Positions 1-14,365 of a stretch of DNA of 57,047 nt are shown here, one piece after another. The stretch spans positions 1 to 57,047 of the forward strand of contig CAZAQG010000001.1 in the NCBI GenBank assembly GCA_964487445.1, read 5' to 3'. Source of the stretch: an uncultured Chromatiales bacterium (lineage in GTDB: Bacteria; Pseudomonadota; Gammaproteobacteria; 21-64-14). A program made the position numbers and the translations under genes. The notes beneath the pieces are model-generated. The model ran no database searches, had not been told where the DNA came from, and saw only the letters and a list, made by a program, of their open reading frames with translations. Positions within the stretch are counted from its first letter, which is position 1. Each line of letters begins with the position of its first letter.

Positions 1-103
1 CCGAAATGATGCGTAAACTCGGCTTCTGCACCCGTCGCGTCTTCGACTACCTGCGGATGACCCAAAACTCAAACCCTGCCTTCCATATGGGATCTTGAGC
101 GAG

Positions 104-140
104 AACAAATTTACCGTGCCCCTTGAAACTCCCTTGAACC
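104..140. repeat. Degenerate remnant of the 91-bp inverted-repeat element (two overlapping CCCTTGAA(A/C)CTC end motifs)
   Basis: aaatttaccgtgCCCCTTGAAaCTCCCTTGAACcTC resembles the right arm AATTTCAAGTACTCTGACCCCTTGAACTC of the copies at 10597 and 26677. It ends directly against the TGA (141-143) of the minus-strand gene, as at nrdJb. Confidence 0.35.
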
Positions 141-1634
<1,494 letters not shown>

Positions 1635-1649
1635 AGCACCTCCTTACTC

Positions 1650-5099
<3,450 letters not shown>

Positions 5100-5152
5100 T
5101 GATATGATTTCACGTTGCTCATCGCGCCCTACCGGGGAGGGTGGCGAAAGGA

Positions 5153-6724
5153 TCAGTGGCGGAAGTGACGCATGCCGGTGAATACCATCGCCATGTCGTG
5201 CTCGTCGGCGGCGGCGATCACTTCGGCGTCGCGCATCGACCCGCCGGGTTGGACGACCGCGCGGATACCCGCGGCGTGCGCGGCGTCGAGGCCGTCGCGG
5301 AACGGGAAGAAGGCGTCGGAGGCCATCACCGAACCGGCCACCTCGAGGCCCTCGTCGGCCGCCTTGAGCGCGGCGATGCGTGCCGAGACCACACGGCTCA
5401 TCTGTCCGGCGCCGACGCCGATGGTCCGCCCGTCGCGCGCGTAGACGATGGCGTTGGACTTGACGAACTTCGCCACGCGCCACGCGAAGAGCAGGTCCTG
5501 CAACTCGGCGGGGCTCGGGGCGCGGCGGGTGACCACCTTGAGATCCGCGCCGCCCACGCGCCCGATGTCGCGCTCCTGCACCAGCAGCCCGCCGACGACG
5601 CGCTTGAAGTCCAGGGCGGCGGCCGCCTCCTCATCGGACAGCGGCCCGCAGACGAGCACACGCACGTTGGGCTTGGCGCGCAGGGCCTGCCGTGCCGCCT
5701 CGGTAATCTCGGGGGCCACGATCACTTCCACGAACCGGCGCGAGACGATAGCCTGCGCGGTGTCGCCGTCGAGCGCGCGATTGAAGGCGATGATGCCGCC
5801 GAACGCCGAGGTGGGGTCGGTCCGATAGGCGCGTTCGTAGGCGGCCGGGGGGGCGGGCGCGAGCGCCACGCCGCACGGGTTGGCGTGCTTGACGATCACG
5901 CAGGCGCATTCGGAGAACGACTTGACGCACTCCAACGCCGCGTCGGTGTCGGCCACGTTGTTGTAGGAGAGCGCCTTGCCCTGAAGCTGGCGGGCGGTGG
6001 CCACCGACGCCCCGCCGCCGGCGCCCGGCTCGCGGTAGAAGGCCGCGCGCTGGTGCGGGTTCTCGCCGTAGCGCATGTCCTGTAGCTTTACGAACTCCAG
6101 GCGCAGCTCGGCCGGGAATTCGCCGGGCCCGGCGTCGGCGGCGGACGTACCGCCCAGGTAGTCCGTGATCGCCCGGTCGTAGCGCGCGGTGTGCGCGAAG
6201 GCGGTGCCCGCCAGGCGCCGGCGCGTGGCCGGCGTCAGCGCCCCGCCGTTCGCGCGCATCTCCTCCAGGACCACCGCGTAGTCGGCGGGATCGACGACCA
6301 CCGCGACGTCGACGTGGTTCTTGGCCGCCGCCCGCAGCAAGGTCGGACCGCCGATGTCGATCTGCTCGAGCGCCTGCGCGAACGTGCAATCGGGGCGCGC
6401 CACGCTCTGCTCGAAGGGATAGAGATTGACCACGACCAGGTCGATCGGCTCAATGCCGTATTCACGCATCACCGCCTCGTCGCGTCCGCGGCGCGCGAGG
6501 ATCCCGCCGTGTATCTTTGGGTGCAGGGTCTTGACGCGGCCGCCCATGATCTCGGGGAAACCGGTGTATTCGGAGACCTCGCGCACCGCGACGCCCTCGT
6601 CGGCAAGCAGCCGCGCGGTCCCGCCGGTGGACAGGATCTCCACGCCGGCATCGGCGAGGGCGCGCGCGAAACCGGCCACGCCGGTCTTGTCCGAGACGCT
6701 GATCAGGGCGCGGCGGATGGTCAT
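5153..6724 (-). CDS. purH: Bifunctional AICAR transformylase / IMP cyclohydrolase
   Basis: Full-length match to the PurH pattern ([11 protein letters not shown]..., [11 protein letters not shown]-terminal MRHFRH). The ATG at 6724 (MTIRRAL) has GGAGG upstream. The track start at 6742 is a TTG. Confidence 0.96.
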   Translation of the reverse strand: MTIRRALISVSDKTGVAGFARALADAGVEILSTGGTARLLADEGVAVREVSEYTGFPEIMGGRVKTLHPKIHGGILARRGRDEAVMREYGIEPIDLVVVNLYPFEQSVARPDCTFAQALEQIDIGGPTLLRAAAKNHVDVAVVVDPADYAVVLEEMRANGGALTPATRRRLAGTAFAHTARYDRAITDYLGGTSAADAGPGEFPAELRLEFVKLQDMRYGENPHQRAAFYREPGAGGGASVATARQLQGKALSYNNVADTDAALECVKSFSECACVIVKHANPCGVALAPAPPAAYERAYRTDPTSAFGGIIAFNRALDGDTAQAIVSRRFVEVIVAPEITEAARQALRAKPNVRVLVCGPLSDEEAAAALDFKRVVGGLLVQERDIGRVGGADLKVVTRRAPSPAELQDLLFAWRVAKFVKSNAIVYARDGRTIGVGAGQMSRVVSARIAALKAADEGLEVAGSVMASDAFFPFRDGLDAAHAAGIRAVVQPGGSMRDAEVIAAADEHDMAMVFTGMRHFRH

Positions 6725-6742
6725 CGTGGTGTCTGCCTCCAA

Positions 6743-6866
6743 GCCGTCGGCGGGGCAGGCCCCGCCCTACAACCTCTCATCGGTGATGCCGTCGGCGGGG
6801 CAAGCCCCGCCCTACACACCTCCCACCAATCGTGCCTCCGTAGGGCCGGGCTCGCCCGGCCGGCGC
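6743..6866. repeat. REP cluster A (three GC-rich hairpin units) between fis and purH
   Basis: GTCGGCGGGGCAGGCCCCGCCCTACA, GTCGGCGGGGCAAGCCCCGCCCTACA and GTAGGGCCGGGCTCGCCCGGCC. The same family recurs at 14184, 23874 and 56920. Confidence 0.8.
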
Positions 6867-6868
6867 CG

Positions 6869-7135
6869 CTATTCCAACTCGTGCTCGTGCAGCTTCTTGC
6901 GCAGGGTCGTGCGGTTGAGGCCGAGCAACTCGGCGGCGCGCGTCTGGTTGCCGCCGGTGTGGCGCATCACCACCTCGAGCATGGGGCGCTCGACCTCCTG
7001 GAGTACCATGCGATACAGGTTGTTGCCGGGGCGGTTACCGTCGAGGTCGCGGAAATAGCCTTCCAGGGCGGCACGCACGCAGTCCCGCAAGGGCTCTTGC
7101 GGGGGCCGTGCGAGATCGTCTGCGGACGCGGTCAT
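6869..7135 (-). CDS. fis: DNA-binding protein Fis
   Basis: 88 aa ending GGNQTRAAELLGLNRTTLRKKLHEHELE (Fis HTH). The ATG overlaps the dusB stop (ATGA), which is the classic dusB-fis operon arrangement. Confidence 0.95.
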   Translation of the reverse strand: MTASADDLARPPQEPLRDCVRAALEGYFRDLDGNRPGNNLYRMVLQEVERPMLEVVMRHTGGNQTRAAELLGLNRTTLRKKLHEHELE

Positions 7136-8133
7136 GCCGCGCGCGCCCACCCGTCGGAGCGCGCCGCGAAGTGTTCCGTCACCAGGGCGAGCTGTTCGAC
7201 CGCGCGTTCGGCGCGGTTGACGCGTGCGCGCAATGCCGCACCGTCCGGGTGGCGCCGCACGTACCAGCCGATGTGCCGACGCGCCACGCGCACGCCGGTG
7301 TACTCCCCATAGAACGCGTAGAGCTGCTCCAGGTGGACCGTCAGGATCGCGCCTACCTCCATCGGATCGGGCGGCGGCGCCGTGCGCCCGGTGCGCAGGT
7401 AGTGGTCGATCTCGCGGAAGATCCACGGCCGGCCCCGGGCGGCGCGGCCAATCATGATCGCATCGGCACCGGTGCATTCGAGTACGGAGCGGGCGCGCTC
7501 CGGGGTGGTGATGTCGCCGTTGGCAATCACCGGGATGGCGACCGCGACCTTGACCCGCGCGATGGTCCGGTACTCCGCCGCGCCCTGGAAGGCGTCGGCG
7601 CGGGTGCGCCCGTGCACGGTGAGCGCCTGCACGCCGGCCGCCTCGGCGATGCGCGCGATCGCCACCGCGTTGCGCCGGGAGCGGTCCCAGCCGGTGCGAA
7701 TCTTGAGCGTGACCGGCACGCCGACCGCCGCGACCACCGCCGCCAGGATGCGCCCGACCAGTGCCTCGTCGCGCAGCAGCGCCGAGCCGCACCAGGCGCC
7801 GCACACCTTCCTGACCGGGCAACCCATGTTGAGATCGACGATCTCGGCGCCCTCATCCACGGCGCGGCGCGCGGCCTCGGCGAGCATCGCCGGGTCGGCG
7901 CCGGCGAGTTGCACGGCCACCGGTCCGACCTCGTCGGCGTGGTCGGCGCGGCGCCGGCTCTTGGCGGTGTCGCGCAGGCGCGGGTCGGCGGAGATCATCT
8001 CGGAGACCGCCAACCCGGCGCCGAGCGCGCGGCACAGGCGGCGGAACGGACGGTCGGTCACACCGGCCATGGGCGCCAGCAGAATACGGTTTGCGAGTTG
8101 GTGGGGGCCGATCCGCATCGTGGGCAGGCTCAT
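7132..8133 (-). CDS. dusB: tRNA-dihydrouridine synthase B
   Basis: 333 aa with LAPMAGVTDRPFRRLC and DLNMGCP motifs, directly upstream of fis. An alternative start at 8118 (MRIGPHQL) is possible. Confidence 0.94.
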   Translation of the reverse strand: MSLPTMRIGPHQLANRILLAPMAGVTDRPFRRLCRALGAGLAVSEMISADPRLRDTAKSRRRADHADEVGPVAVQLAGADPAMLAEAARRAVDEGAEIVDLNMGCPVRKVCGAWCGSALLRDEALVGRILAAVVAAVGVPVTLKIRTGWDRSRRNAVAIARIAEAAGVQALTVHGRTRADAFQGAAEYRTIARVKVAVAIPVIANGDITTPERARSVLECTGADAIMIGRAARGRPWIFREIDHYLRTGRTAPPPDPMEVGAILTVHLEQLYAFYGEYTGVRVARRHIGWYVRRHPDGAALRARVNRAERAVEQLALVTEHFAARSDGWARAA

Positions 8134-8313
8134 GGGGGACGCCGCGAGAAGGGGATCATCTTACCCGCAAAGGCCGGACCCCGCAAAGCGCCGGCGGGCG
8201 GCGCGGGAAGATCGCCGAGGGGGGATCATCGCCGTGGAAATCGTCGGATCGGTACCGTCCGCCGGCGCCCGGCGGGCGCCGCCCCCGCCCTCCGGCGGGA
8301 CCGATCGCGCCGC

Positions 8314-9528
8314 TCAGCGAAACTCGAAATCGTAGGACACGGCATCCTTGCCGGGGTCCACGATCTGCAACGTGACCGGCACCGAACCGTGCGCCTGGAA
8401 GCCGGCGGCGGGGTCGGGCCCCTGCGGGAGGTACTCCCGGGGCGCGAAGCGCCGCAGGGCGATCACGCGCCCGGCGAGGTTGAAGAAACGCACCTGGAGA
8501 TAGGGATACGCCTGCCGGAACGCGGCGTTGTTCTGGAGGATCAACGAGATCACCAGGGCATGCGGCGCGGACGGGTCGTCGTATACGCGCCGGTCCAGGA
8601 GGTCGAGGTCGGCGAGATCGCGCGGCAGGGGCACACGGCACCCGGTGAGGCCGCAGAAGCGTTCCAGCCACGGATGCAGCGCCGGATAGTAGGCCAGGTT
8701 GGCACTCTGAAAGTAAACGAACTGCCCCGCGAGCGCCGCGAGCAGGAGCAGGATGCCGACACTCCAGGCCGCGGTCGCCAGCGGACGGGGCCGGGGACGC
8801 GGCGCCGCGAGATCTTCCCACAGGGCGGCGGGCGGATCAGCAGACGGCGCCCGGCCGGCCGGCGGCACCGCGGCGATTCCCGGGATCGATTCGGATTCCG
8901 CATCCGGCACCACCGCGAGGTCTCCGATGTCCGGGACGGCGACCGGTGATACTGCGTCGCCGGAAGCGAAAAGCGCGGTGGATTTCTCGCGGGTAATTCG
9001 ATCCCGAATATCAGCGGCATCGGCCGGCGGCACCGCGGCCGGGAACTTATCGTCGGCCTCGAGCATCGGGATCCGCGCCAGGGTGGGTGCCGCCTTGTCG
9101 GGTCCGGAGCCCGTTTCGGACTCCGGGTCCGATCTCCCCGATTCCCCGAAAACCGCGGGCTCCGAGAGCCGCGGGAGCACCTTGCCCTCGGATACCTCGA
9201 GGGCCCAGCGCCACTCGCCCCCGGTATCCGGGGATTCCCGCGCTTGCGAGTCGACGCCGGTGGTCTCCGGGGGCTGCGCGAGCGGCTCCGCCGTCGCGGG
9301 GGGCGCCTCCCGGGAGGGTTCCGGGCGCGGCGCCGCGGGCTCGGTGACCGGGATGGCGTCGAGGATCGGAAACCCCGGGTCGCCCTCCTGGAGCCGCTCC
9401 AGGGTGTTGAACTGATTCTGGCAATTGGTGCAGAAAGCGACACCCTGCCCGACGCGCAAGGTGACCGCCCGCACCCGGAAATAGGCCTTGCAGTGAGTGC
9501 ACTGGGTGAACAGGCCCGAGGCGTTCAC
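8314..9528 (-). CDS. MJ0042-type zinc-ribbon / DUF3426 membrane protein
   Basis: N-terminal CTHC...CTNC zinc ribbon, an acidic/Pro-rich linker, one TM segment and a C-terminal DUF3426-like domain. It sits between prmA and dusB as in Pseudomonas. GTG start. Confidence 0.8.
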   Translation of the reverse strand: MNASGLFTQCTHCKAYFRVRAVTLRVGQGVAFCTNCQNQFNTLERLQEGDPGFPILDAIPVTEPAAPRPEPSREAPPATAEPLAQPPETTGVDSQARESPDTGGEWRWALEVSEGKVLPRLSEPAVFGESGRSDPESETGSGPDKAAPTLARIPMLEADDKFPAAVPPADAADIRDRITREKSTALFASGDAVSPVAVPDIGDLAVVPDAESESIPGIAAVPPAGRAPSADPPAALWEDLAAPRPRPRPLATAAWSVGILLLLAALAGQFVYFQSANLAYYPALHPWLERFCGLTGCRVPLPRDLADLDLLDRRVYDDPSAPHALVISLILQNNAAFRQAYPYLQVRFFNLAGRVIALRRFAPREYLPQGPDPAAGFQAHGSVPVTLQIVDPGKDAVSYDFEFR

Positions 9529-9609
9529 ACCCGCCCCACCCCGACGCCGCGCGCCTTAGCCGCTGCGGCGCCGTGTCGGCCTTCGATCGCGCGGCATTCC
9601 ATACCCGGA

Positions 9610-10506
9610 CTATCCCTCCCGACGGCACCCCACCAGCAGGGCCCACTCCTCGCGGCTTCGCCGGTGCTCCATGGTAAACCAGTGCTCGTATGCCCGCATC
9701 ACGCCGTGCGCCTGTTCCGCGAGGATGCCGGCAAGGACCACGGTACCCCCCGGCGCAAGGTGGTCGGCGAAGCGCCCGGCGAGCGCCTCCAACGGCCCGG
9801 CAAGGATATTCGCGACCAGCACCCGGACCGCGCCGTGCGCCGGCCCCGCGGGCTCCCGGTCGGCGGGGGCGTACACGCGCACCTTCGCGGACACGCCGTT
9901 GCGCACGGCGTTCGCCTCGGTCGCCTGCAGCGCCTGCGGATCGTGGTCCACCGCCCACACGGGCGCCGCACCGAGCTTTGCCGCGGCGATCGCGAGGATG
10001 CCTGAGCCGCACCCATAATCCACGAACGCCCGCCCGGAAAGGTCCGCGCCATCCAGCCATTCCAGGCACAGGGCGGTACTCGGGTGGGTGCCGGTGCCGA
10101 ATGCCAGGCCCGGGTCCAGAGAGACGGTGACCGCGCCGGGGTCCGGCGCGCACGCCCCGCCCGGACACACCCACAACCGGGCGCCGAAGCGCATGGGGTG
10201 GAAGTCGCACAGCCAGGCCCGTTCCCAGTCCTGATCGGGCAACGGCGCGACGCGCACCTCCAGTCCCGGGCGCCCGAGCGAGCGCGTCAGCGCACCGCGC
10301 ACCGCCGCGACCTGCGTGTCCCCGGCGAACAGACCGACGACGCGCGTGCGCGCCCACAGCGGAGTCTCACCGGGCGGGGGTTCGTAAAGCGCATCCCGAT
10401 CCCCCGACTCGAACGTGACCGCCAGCGCGCCGGCCGCCTCCAGCGACGCCGCAAGCCGCTGCGGGTCCTCACCCGGAAGTTCGACGGAGATCTGCAACCA
10501 GGTCAT
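9610..10506 (-). CDS. prmA: Ribosomal protein L11 methyltransferase
   Basis: MTWLQISVE... N-terminus and the SAM motif DYGCGSGILAIAAAKLGA. ATG at 10506; the track ORF extends to 10551. Confidence 0.93.
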   Translation of the reverse strand: MTWLQISVELPGEDPQRLAASLEAAGALAVTFESGDRDALYEPPPGETPLWARTRVVGLFAGDTQVAAVRGALTRSLGRPGLEVRVAPLPDQDWERAWLCDFHPMRFGARLWVCPGGACAPDPGAVTVSLDPGLAFGTGTHPSTALCLEWLDGADLSGRAFVDYGCGSGILAIAAAKLGAAPVWAVDHDPQALQATEANAVRNGVSAKVRVYAPADREPAGPAHGAVRVLVANILAGPLEALAGRFADHLAPGGTVVLAGILAEQAHGVMRAYEHWFTMEHRRSREEWALLVGCRREG

Positions 10507-10596
10507 AGGGGAAGCAACGGGATTGGGAAATGGGCATGGGCGCCGGGCCATGATGGACCACCCGCACCGGTCCTGCCAAGCGGCCGGCTCATCGGC

Positions 10597-10687
10597 GAGT
10601 TCAAGGGGTCAGCGTACTTGAAATCTCAACTTCGCTGATTCCTTGAGCTGTCGCGGGGGATTTCAAGTACGCTGACCCCTTGAACTC
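10597..10687. repeat. 91-bp MITE-like element, copy 1 (perfect 29-bp terminal inverted repeats, 33-nt centre)
   Basis: GAGTTCAAGGGGTCAGCGTACTTGAAATC (10597-10625) is the exact reverse complement of 10659-10687. It has the same length and architecture as 26677-26767. Confidence 0.85.
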
Positions 10688-11526
10688 CCGCAGGCGCCGA
10701 GCCAGCGCTCGACTTGCGGGACGAAGTGCACGAGCCCCTCCAGCACGCCGGCCGCGTAGCAGCCGTTCATGCCCAGGAACCCGCCGCGCGCGAGGTACAG
10801 GCGATCGAGGTTGCCGTTGGCCTCCACCAGGCGCAGGGCCTCCTGGCGCACGTCCTCACCGGCGTTGGCCACCAGCACCGCCTGCAGTCCGCCGGTGAGC
10901 GCCGGCAGGTCGTTGCCGCTGTCCCCGGCGAACACGGTGCACTCCTCGGCGAACCCGCGCCGCCGCATCAGGAAACGCACGGCATGCAGCTTGGTGGCGC
11001 CGGCCGGCAATACGTCGAGCAGGCCTGTGTCGCGCGCCTCGTCGATGCTCCAGATCAGGCTCGCGCGCACGTGGCGCGCCGCGAGCCGGCGCTGCACCTC
11101 GGCGAGCAGCGGACCGCGGGCCGCCGCGCGCGGGACATGGTAGCTGAGCTTGAAGACCCCCTGCTGCTCGGGAGGCTGCAGGGTGAGCCCGTCCAGGTCG
11201 GCAAACAGCGCGGCCAGCCCGTCGCGGCCCAGGCCGTTCCAGTCCGGTGCGATCTCCCGCGCCCACTCCGACCACGGTCGCCACTTCCCGTCGCGGACCT
11301 CGTAGATCGTGGTGCCCACGTCGCCGATCGCGTAGGCGGGCACCGGCAGCCGCCACTCGCGGATCGCCGCCTCAATGAGTGCGCGGTCGCGGCCGCTAAC
11401 GTAGGCAAGGGTGATTTCCGGGCGGCGCGCCAGCTCGCGCAGCAGCGCCCGCGCGCGCGGCGACTCCGACTCCGGGCCGTTGGGAATCAGGGTGCGATCC
11501 AGATCGCTGCACAGAAGAAGATTCAT
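10663..11526 (-). CDS. HAD-IIB family phosphatase (sucrose-phosphate-phosphatase-like)
   Basis: 287 aa with CSDLDRTL (motif I) and GDSGND (motif IV). ATG at 11526. The track ORF to 12834 is an antisense extension across glgP. The last 7 codons and the stop lie inside the 91-bp element. Confidence 0.8.
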   Translation of the reverse strand: MNLLLCSDLDRTLIPNGPESESPRARALLRELARRPEITLAYVSGRDRALIEAAIREWRLPVPAYAIGDVGTTIYEVRDGKWRPWSEWAREIAPDWNGLGRDGLAALFADLDGLTLQPPEQQGVFKLSYHVPRAAARGPLLAEVQRRLAARHVRASLIWSIDEARDTGLLDVLPAGATKLHAVRFLMRRRGFAEECTVFAGDSGNDLPALTGGLQAVLVANAGEDVRQEALRLVEANGNLDRLYLARGGFLGMNGCYAAGVLEGLVHFVPQVERWLGACGSSRGQRT

Positions 11527-11664
11527 GAGATTCACGGCGGCCCCCGCACGGGGGCCGTGTAGCAGTATAACAGTGGCGCCCCGGCTTTTGCGCAGGTGGG
11601 CATTCGAAAACCGTATGATCGGCATCGCCCCCGTGCGCACCGGGGCAGAGCCGCGGAGATCCCG

Positions 11665-14142
11665 ATGAGGCCGACACCGAAGTGCGTACCCAAGCACGAT
11701 TATCTGGGCCTGGACGGCGCATCCATCAAGCGCTCGCTGGCCAACCGGCTGATCTACTCGGTCGGCAAAGACCCCTGCACCGCCACCGACCGCGACTGGT
11801 TCTACACCCTGGCATACCTGGTCCGCGACCGGCTCATCGATCGCTGGATGGAGACCCAGCGCTCCTATTACCGGGAGGACGCAAAACGCGTCTACTACCT
11901 GTCGCTGGAGTTCCTCATCGGGCGCAGTCTCGCCAACAGCATGCTGAACATGGACTTCTACGAGGAATGCCGCAGCGCGGTCGAGGAGGTGTTCCTCGAC
12001 CTGGGACGCATCGAGGCGCTGGAGACCGATGCGGGGCTCGGCAACGGCGGGCTCGGACGCCTCGCCGCCTGCCTCCTCGACTCCATGGCCACGCTGCACA
12101 TCCCGGGCTACGGCTACGGCATCCGCTATGAATACGGCCTGTTCAAGCAGGCCATCCGCGACGGACGCCAGATGGAGCACCCGGAGAACTGGCTGCGCTA
12201 CGGCAACCCCTGGGAGTTCGCGCGTCCGGAGGTCCTCTACCTGATCCGCTTCGGCGGCCGCGTCGAGGCCTCGCACGACGCGGAAGGGCGGCTGCGCCAT
12301 CGCTGGGCGGGCGCCGAGGAGGTCATGGCCATGGCCTACGACACCCCGATTCCCGGCTACCGGACCCACACCGTGAACAACCTGCGCCTGTGGTCGGCGC
12401 GCGCCTCGCGCGACTTCAACCTCCAGTACTTCAATGAGGGCGACTACATCGGCGCGCTCCAGGCCCAGATCGAATCCGAGAACCTCTCGCGGGTCCTGTA
12501 CCCGGACGATACCAGCGCCAGCGGGCGCATGCTGCGCCTGAAGCAGGAGTATTTCTTCGTCAGCGCCTCGATGCAGGACATCCTGCGCCGCTTCCTCGAG
12601 CACCACGAGCGCCTGGAGGAACTCCCCGACAAGGCGGTGATCCAGCTCAACGACACCCACCCCTCCATCGCGATCCCGGAACTGATGCGCCTGCTCCTGG
12701 ACGAGTACCGGATGGAGTGGGACACGGCCTGGGACCTGACCACGCGCGTGTTCGCCTACACCAACCACACCCTGATGCCCGAGGCCCTGGAGACCTGGCC
12801 GGTGGCGCTGCTCGGCGACACGCTTCCGCGGCATCTACAGATCATCTTCGAGATCAACCGCCGCTTCCTGGCCCAAGTCGCACAGCGCTGGCCCGGCGAC
12901 AACGACCGGCTGCGCCGCATGTCGCTCATCGACGAGAAAAACGGGCGACGCGTACGGATGGCACACTTGGCGATCGTCGGCAGCCGGAAGGTCAACGGCG
13001 TCTCGCGCATCCACAGCGAGCTGATGACCCACACGGGGTTCGCGGACTTCGCCGCCCTGTGGCCGGACAAGTTCATCAACATCACCAACGGCGTGACCCC
13101 GCGCCGCTGGTTGCACCACGCCAACCCGTCGCTCACGCAACTGCTGATCCGGCACATCGGGCACGGCTGGATCACCGACCTCGACCAGCTCTGCGCGCTC
13201 CGCCCGCTGGCCGCGGACCCCGAAGTACAGGACGCCTTTCGGGAGGTGAAGCACGCCAACAAGGCCCGCCTCGCGCGCCTGATCGACGAGCGGCTGGGGA
13301 TCGCCGTCGACACCCGCTCGCTGTTCGACGTGCAGATCAAGCGCATGCACGAGTACAAGCGCCAGCTCCTCAACGTGCTGCACGTGATCGCGCGCTACAA
13401 CCGGCTGCGCGACGGGGCCGCGTCGGATGTGGTCCCGCGCACGGTGATCTTCAGCGGCAAGGCCGCCCCGGGCTACCGCATGGCGAAGCTCATCATCGAA
13501 CTCATCCACGGCGTGGCGGACGTCGTGAACCGGGATCCGGCGGTCGGCGACCGGCTGCGGGTGGTGTTCATTCCCAACTATGACGTGACCACCGCCGAGG
13601 ACATCATCCCCGCCGCGGAACTCTCGGAGCAGATCTCCACCGCCGGCACCGAGGCCTCCGGGACCGGCAATATGAAGCTCGCGCTGAACGGCGCACTCAC
13701 CATCGGCACCCTGGACGGGGCGAATATCGAGATCGGCGAGGCGGTGGGCCGGGAGAACCTCTTCATCTTCGGCCACTGCAGCGAAGAGGTGCAGGCCTTG
13801 CATCGCGAGGGCTACGATCCGACCGCCTGTCTTGCGCGCAGCCCGGAACTGGCGCGCGCCATGGGGATGATCGCCGGAGGCTTCTTCTCACCGGCCGCGC
13901 CGCGCCGCTTCCACCCGCTCGTGGAATCCCTGACCCGGGGCGGCGACACCTATCTGGTGCTCGCGGACTTCGACCCCTATCTGGAGGCCCAGGCGCGTGT
14001 CGACGCCCTGTACCGCGACCCCGCGGAGTGGAACCGCCGGGCGATCCTCAACGTCGCCGGCATGGGCCGCTTCTCCAGCGACCGCACGGTCCAGGACTAC
14101 ATCCGGGAGATCTGGGGGGTGCACCCCGTCGTCCACGATTGA
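11665..14142 (+). CDS. glgP: Glycogen/maltodextrin phosphorylase
   Basis: PLP-site signature EASGTGNMKLALNGALTIGTLDGANIEI, family-typical length of about 825 aa, ATG at 11665 with GGAG upstream. Confidence 0.93.
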   Translation: MRPTPKCVPKHDYLGLDGASIKRSLANRLIYSVGKDPCTATDRDWFYTLAYLVRDRLIDRWMETQRSYYREDAKRVYYLSLEFLIGRSLANSMLNMDFYEECRSAVEEVFLDLGRIEALETDAGLGNGGLGRLAACLLDSMATLHIPGYGYGIRYEYGLFKQAIRDGRQMEHPENWLRYGNPWEFARPEVLYLIRFGGRVEASHDAEGRLRHRWAGAEEVMAMAYDTPIPGYRTHTVNNLRLWSARASRDFNLQYFNEGDYIGALQAQIESENLSRVLYPDDTSASGRMLRLKQEYFFVSASMQDILRRFLEHHERLEELPDKAVIQLNDTHPSIAIPELMRLLLDEYRMEWDTAWDLTTRVFAYTNHTLMPEALETWPVALLGDTLPRHLQIIFEINRRFLAQVAQRWPGDNDRLRRMSLIDEKNGRRVRMAHLAIVGSRKVNGVSRIHSELMTHTGFADFAALWPDKFINITNGVTPRRWLHHANPSLTQLLIRHIGHGWITDLDQLCALRPLAADPEVQDAFREVKHANKARLARLIDERLGIAVDTRSLFDVQIKRMHEYKRQLLNVLHVIARYNRLRDGAASDVVPRTVIFSGKAAPGYRMAKLIIELIHGVADVVNRDPAVGDRLRVVFIPNYDVTTAEDIIPAAELSEQISTAGTEASGTGNMKLALNGALTIGTLDGANIEIGEAVGRENLFIFGHCSEEVQALHREGYDPTACLARSPELARAMGMIAGGFFSPAAPRRFHPLVESLTRGGDTYLVLADFDPYLEAQARVDALYRDPAEWNRRAILNVAGMGRFSSDRTVQDYIREIWGVHPVVHD

Positions 14143-14183
14143 GAGAGGGGGCCCCTGTCGTGGCGATGCGATCGGCGGCACGG

Positions 14184-14345
14184 CGCAATTCGCGACCGTG
14201 CCCATCCGACGTCGTCGAAATCCCGGGCGTTGTCGGCGGGGCTTGCCCCGCCCTACAGGAGGATGCCGCCGCCCCGGTGGGTAAACCTTGCCCTACGCGC
14301 GCATCGGCGACCATGCCCACCCGTAGGGCCGGGCGCGCCCGGCCG
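14184..14345. repeat. REP cluster B between convergent glgP and rho
   Basis: GTCGGCGGGGCTTGCCCCGCCCTACA and GCATCGGCGACCATGCCCACCCGTAGGGCCGGGCGCGCCCGGCC, plus the arm GCAATTCGCGACCGTGCCCA and GACGTCGTCG shared with cluster D. Confidence 0.75.
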
Positions 14346-14365
14346 GGGCCGCACTCGATGGCGCG

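Noticed and set aside
1-98. Open frame running in from the left edge on the + strand (...MMRKLGFCTRRVFDYLRMTQNSNPAFHMGS*).
   Set aside because: Only 32 codons are visible and no family is recognisable. It is plausible as a gene 3' end, convergent with the 141-1634 gene, but not supportable.
5100-5483. N-terminal 128 codons of the track ORF for the activase (1650-5483).
   Set aside because: This stretch overlaps the 3' end of purH on the same strand in another frame, and its sequence is Arg-rich nonsense. The conserved ATPase N-terminus IGIDVGSTT starts just after 5069/5099.
8151-8230. Direct 10-mer GGGGATCATC repeated 70 bp apart in the dusB-fis upstream region.
   Set aside because: It is a single short pair in a G-rich region and bears no resemblance to AT-rich Fis sites. 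It could be chance.
11527-12834. Upstream extension of ORF 10663-12834 (723 aa), which would make a large protein ending in the HAD domain.
   Set aside because: The extension is antisense to glgP and has no recognisable domain. The HAD domain begins at an ATG (11526) with the canonical DLDRT motif a few residues in.
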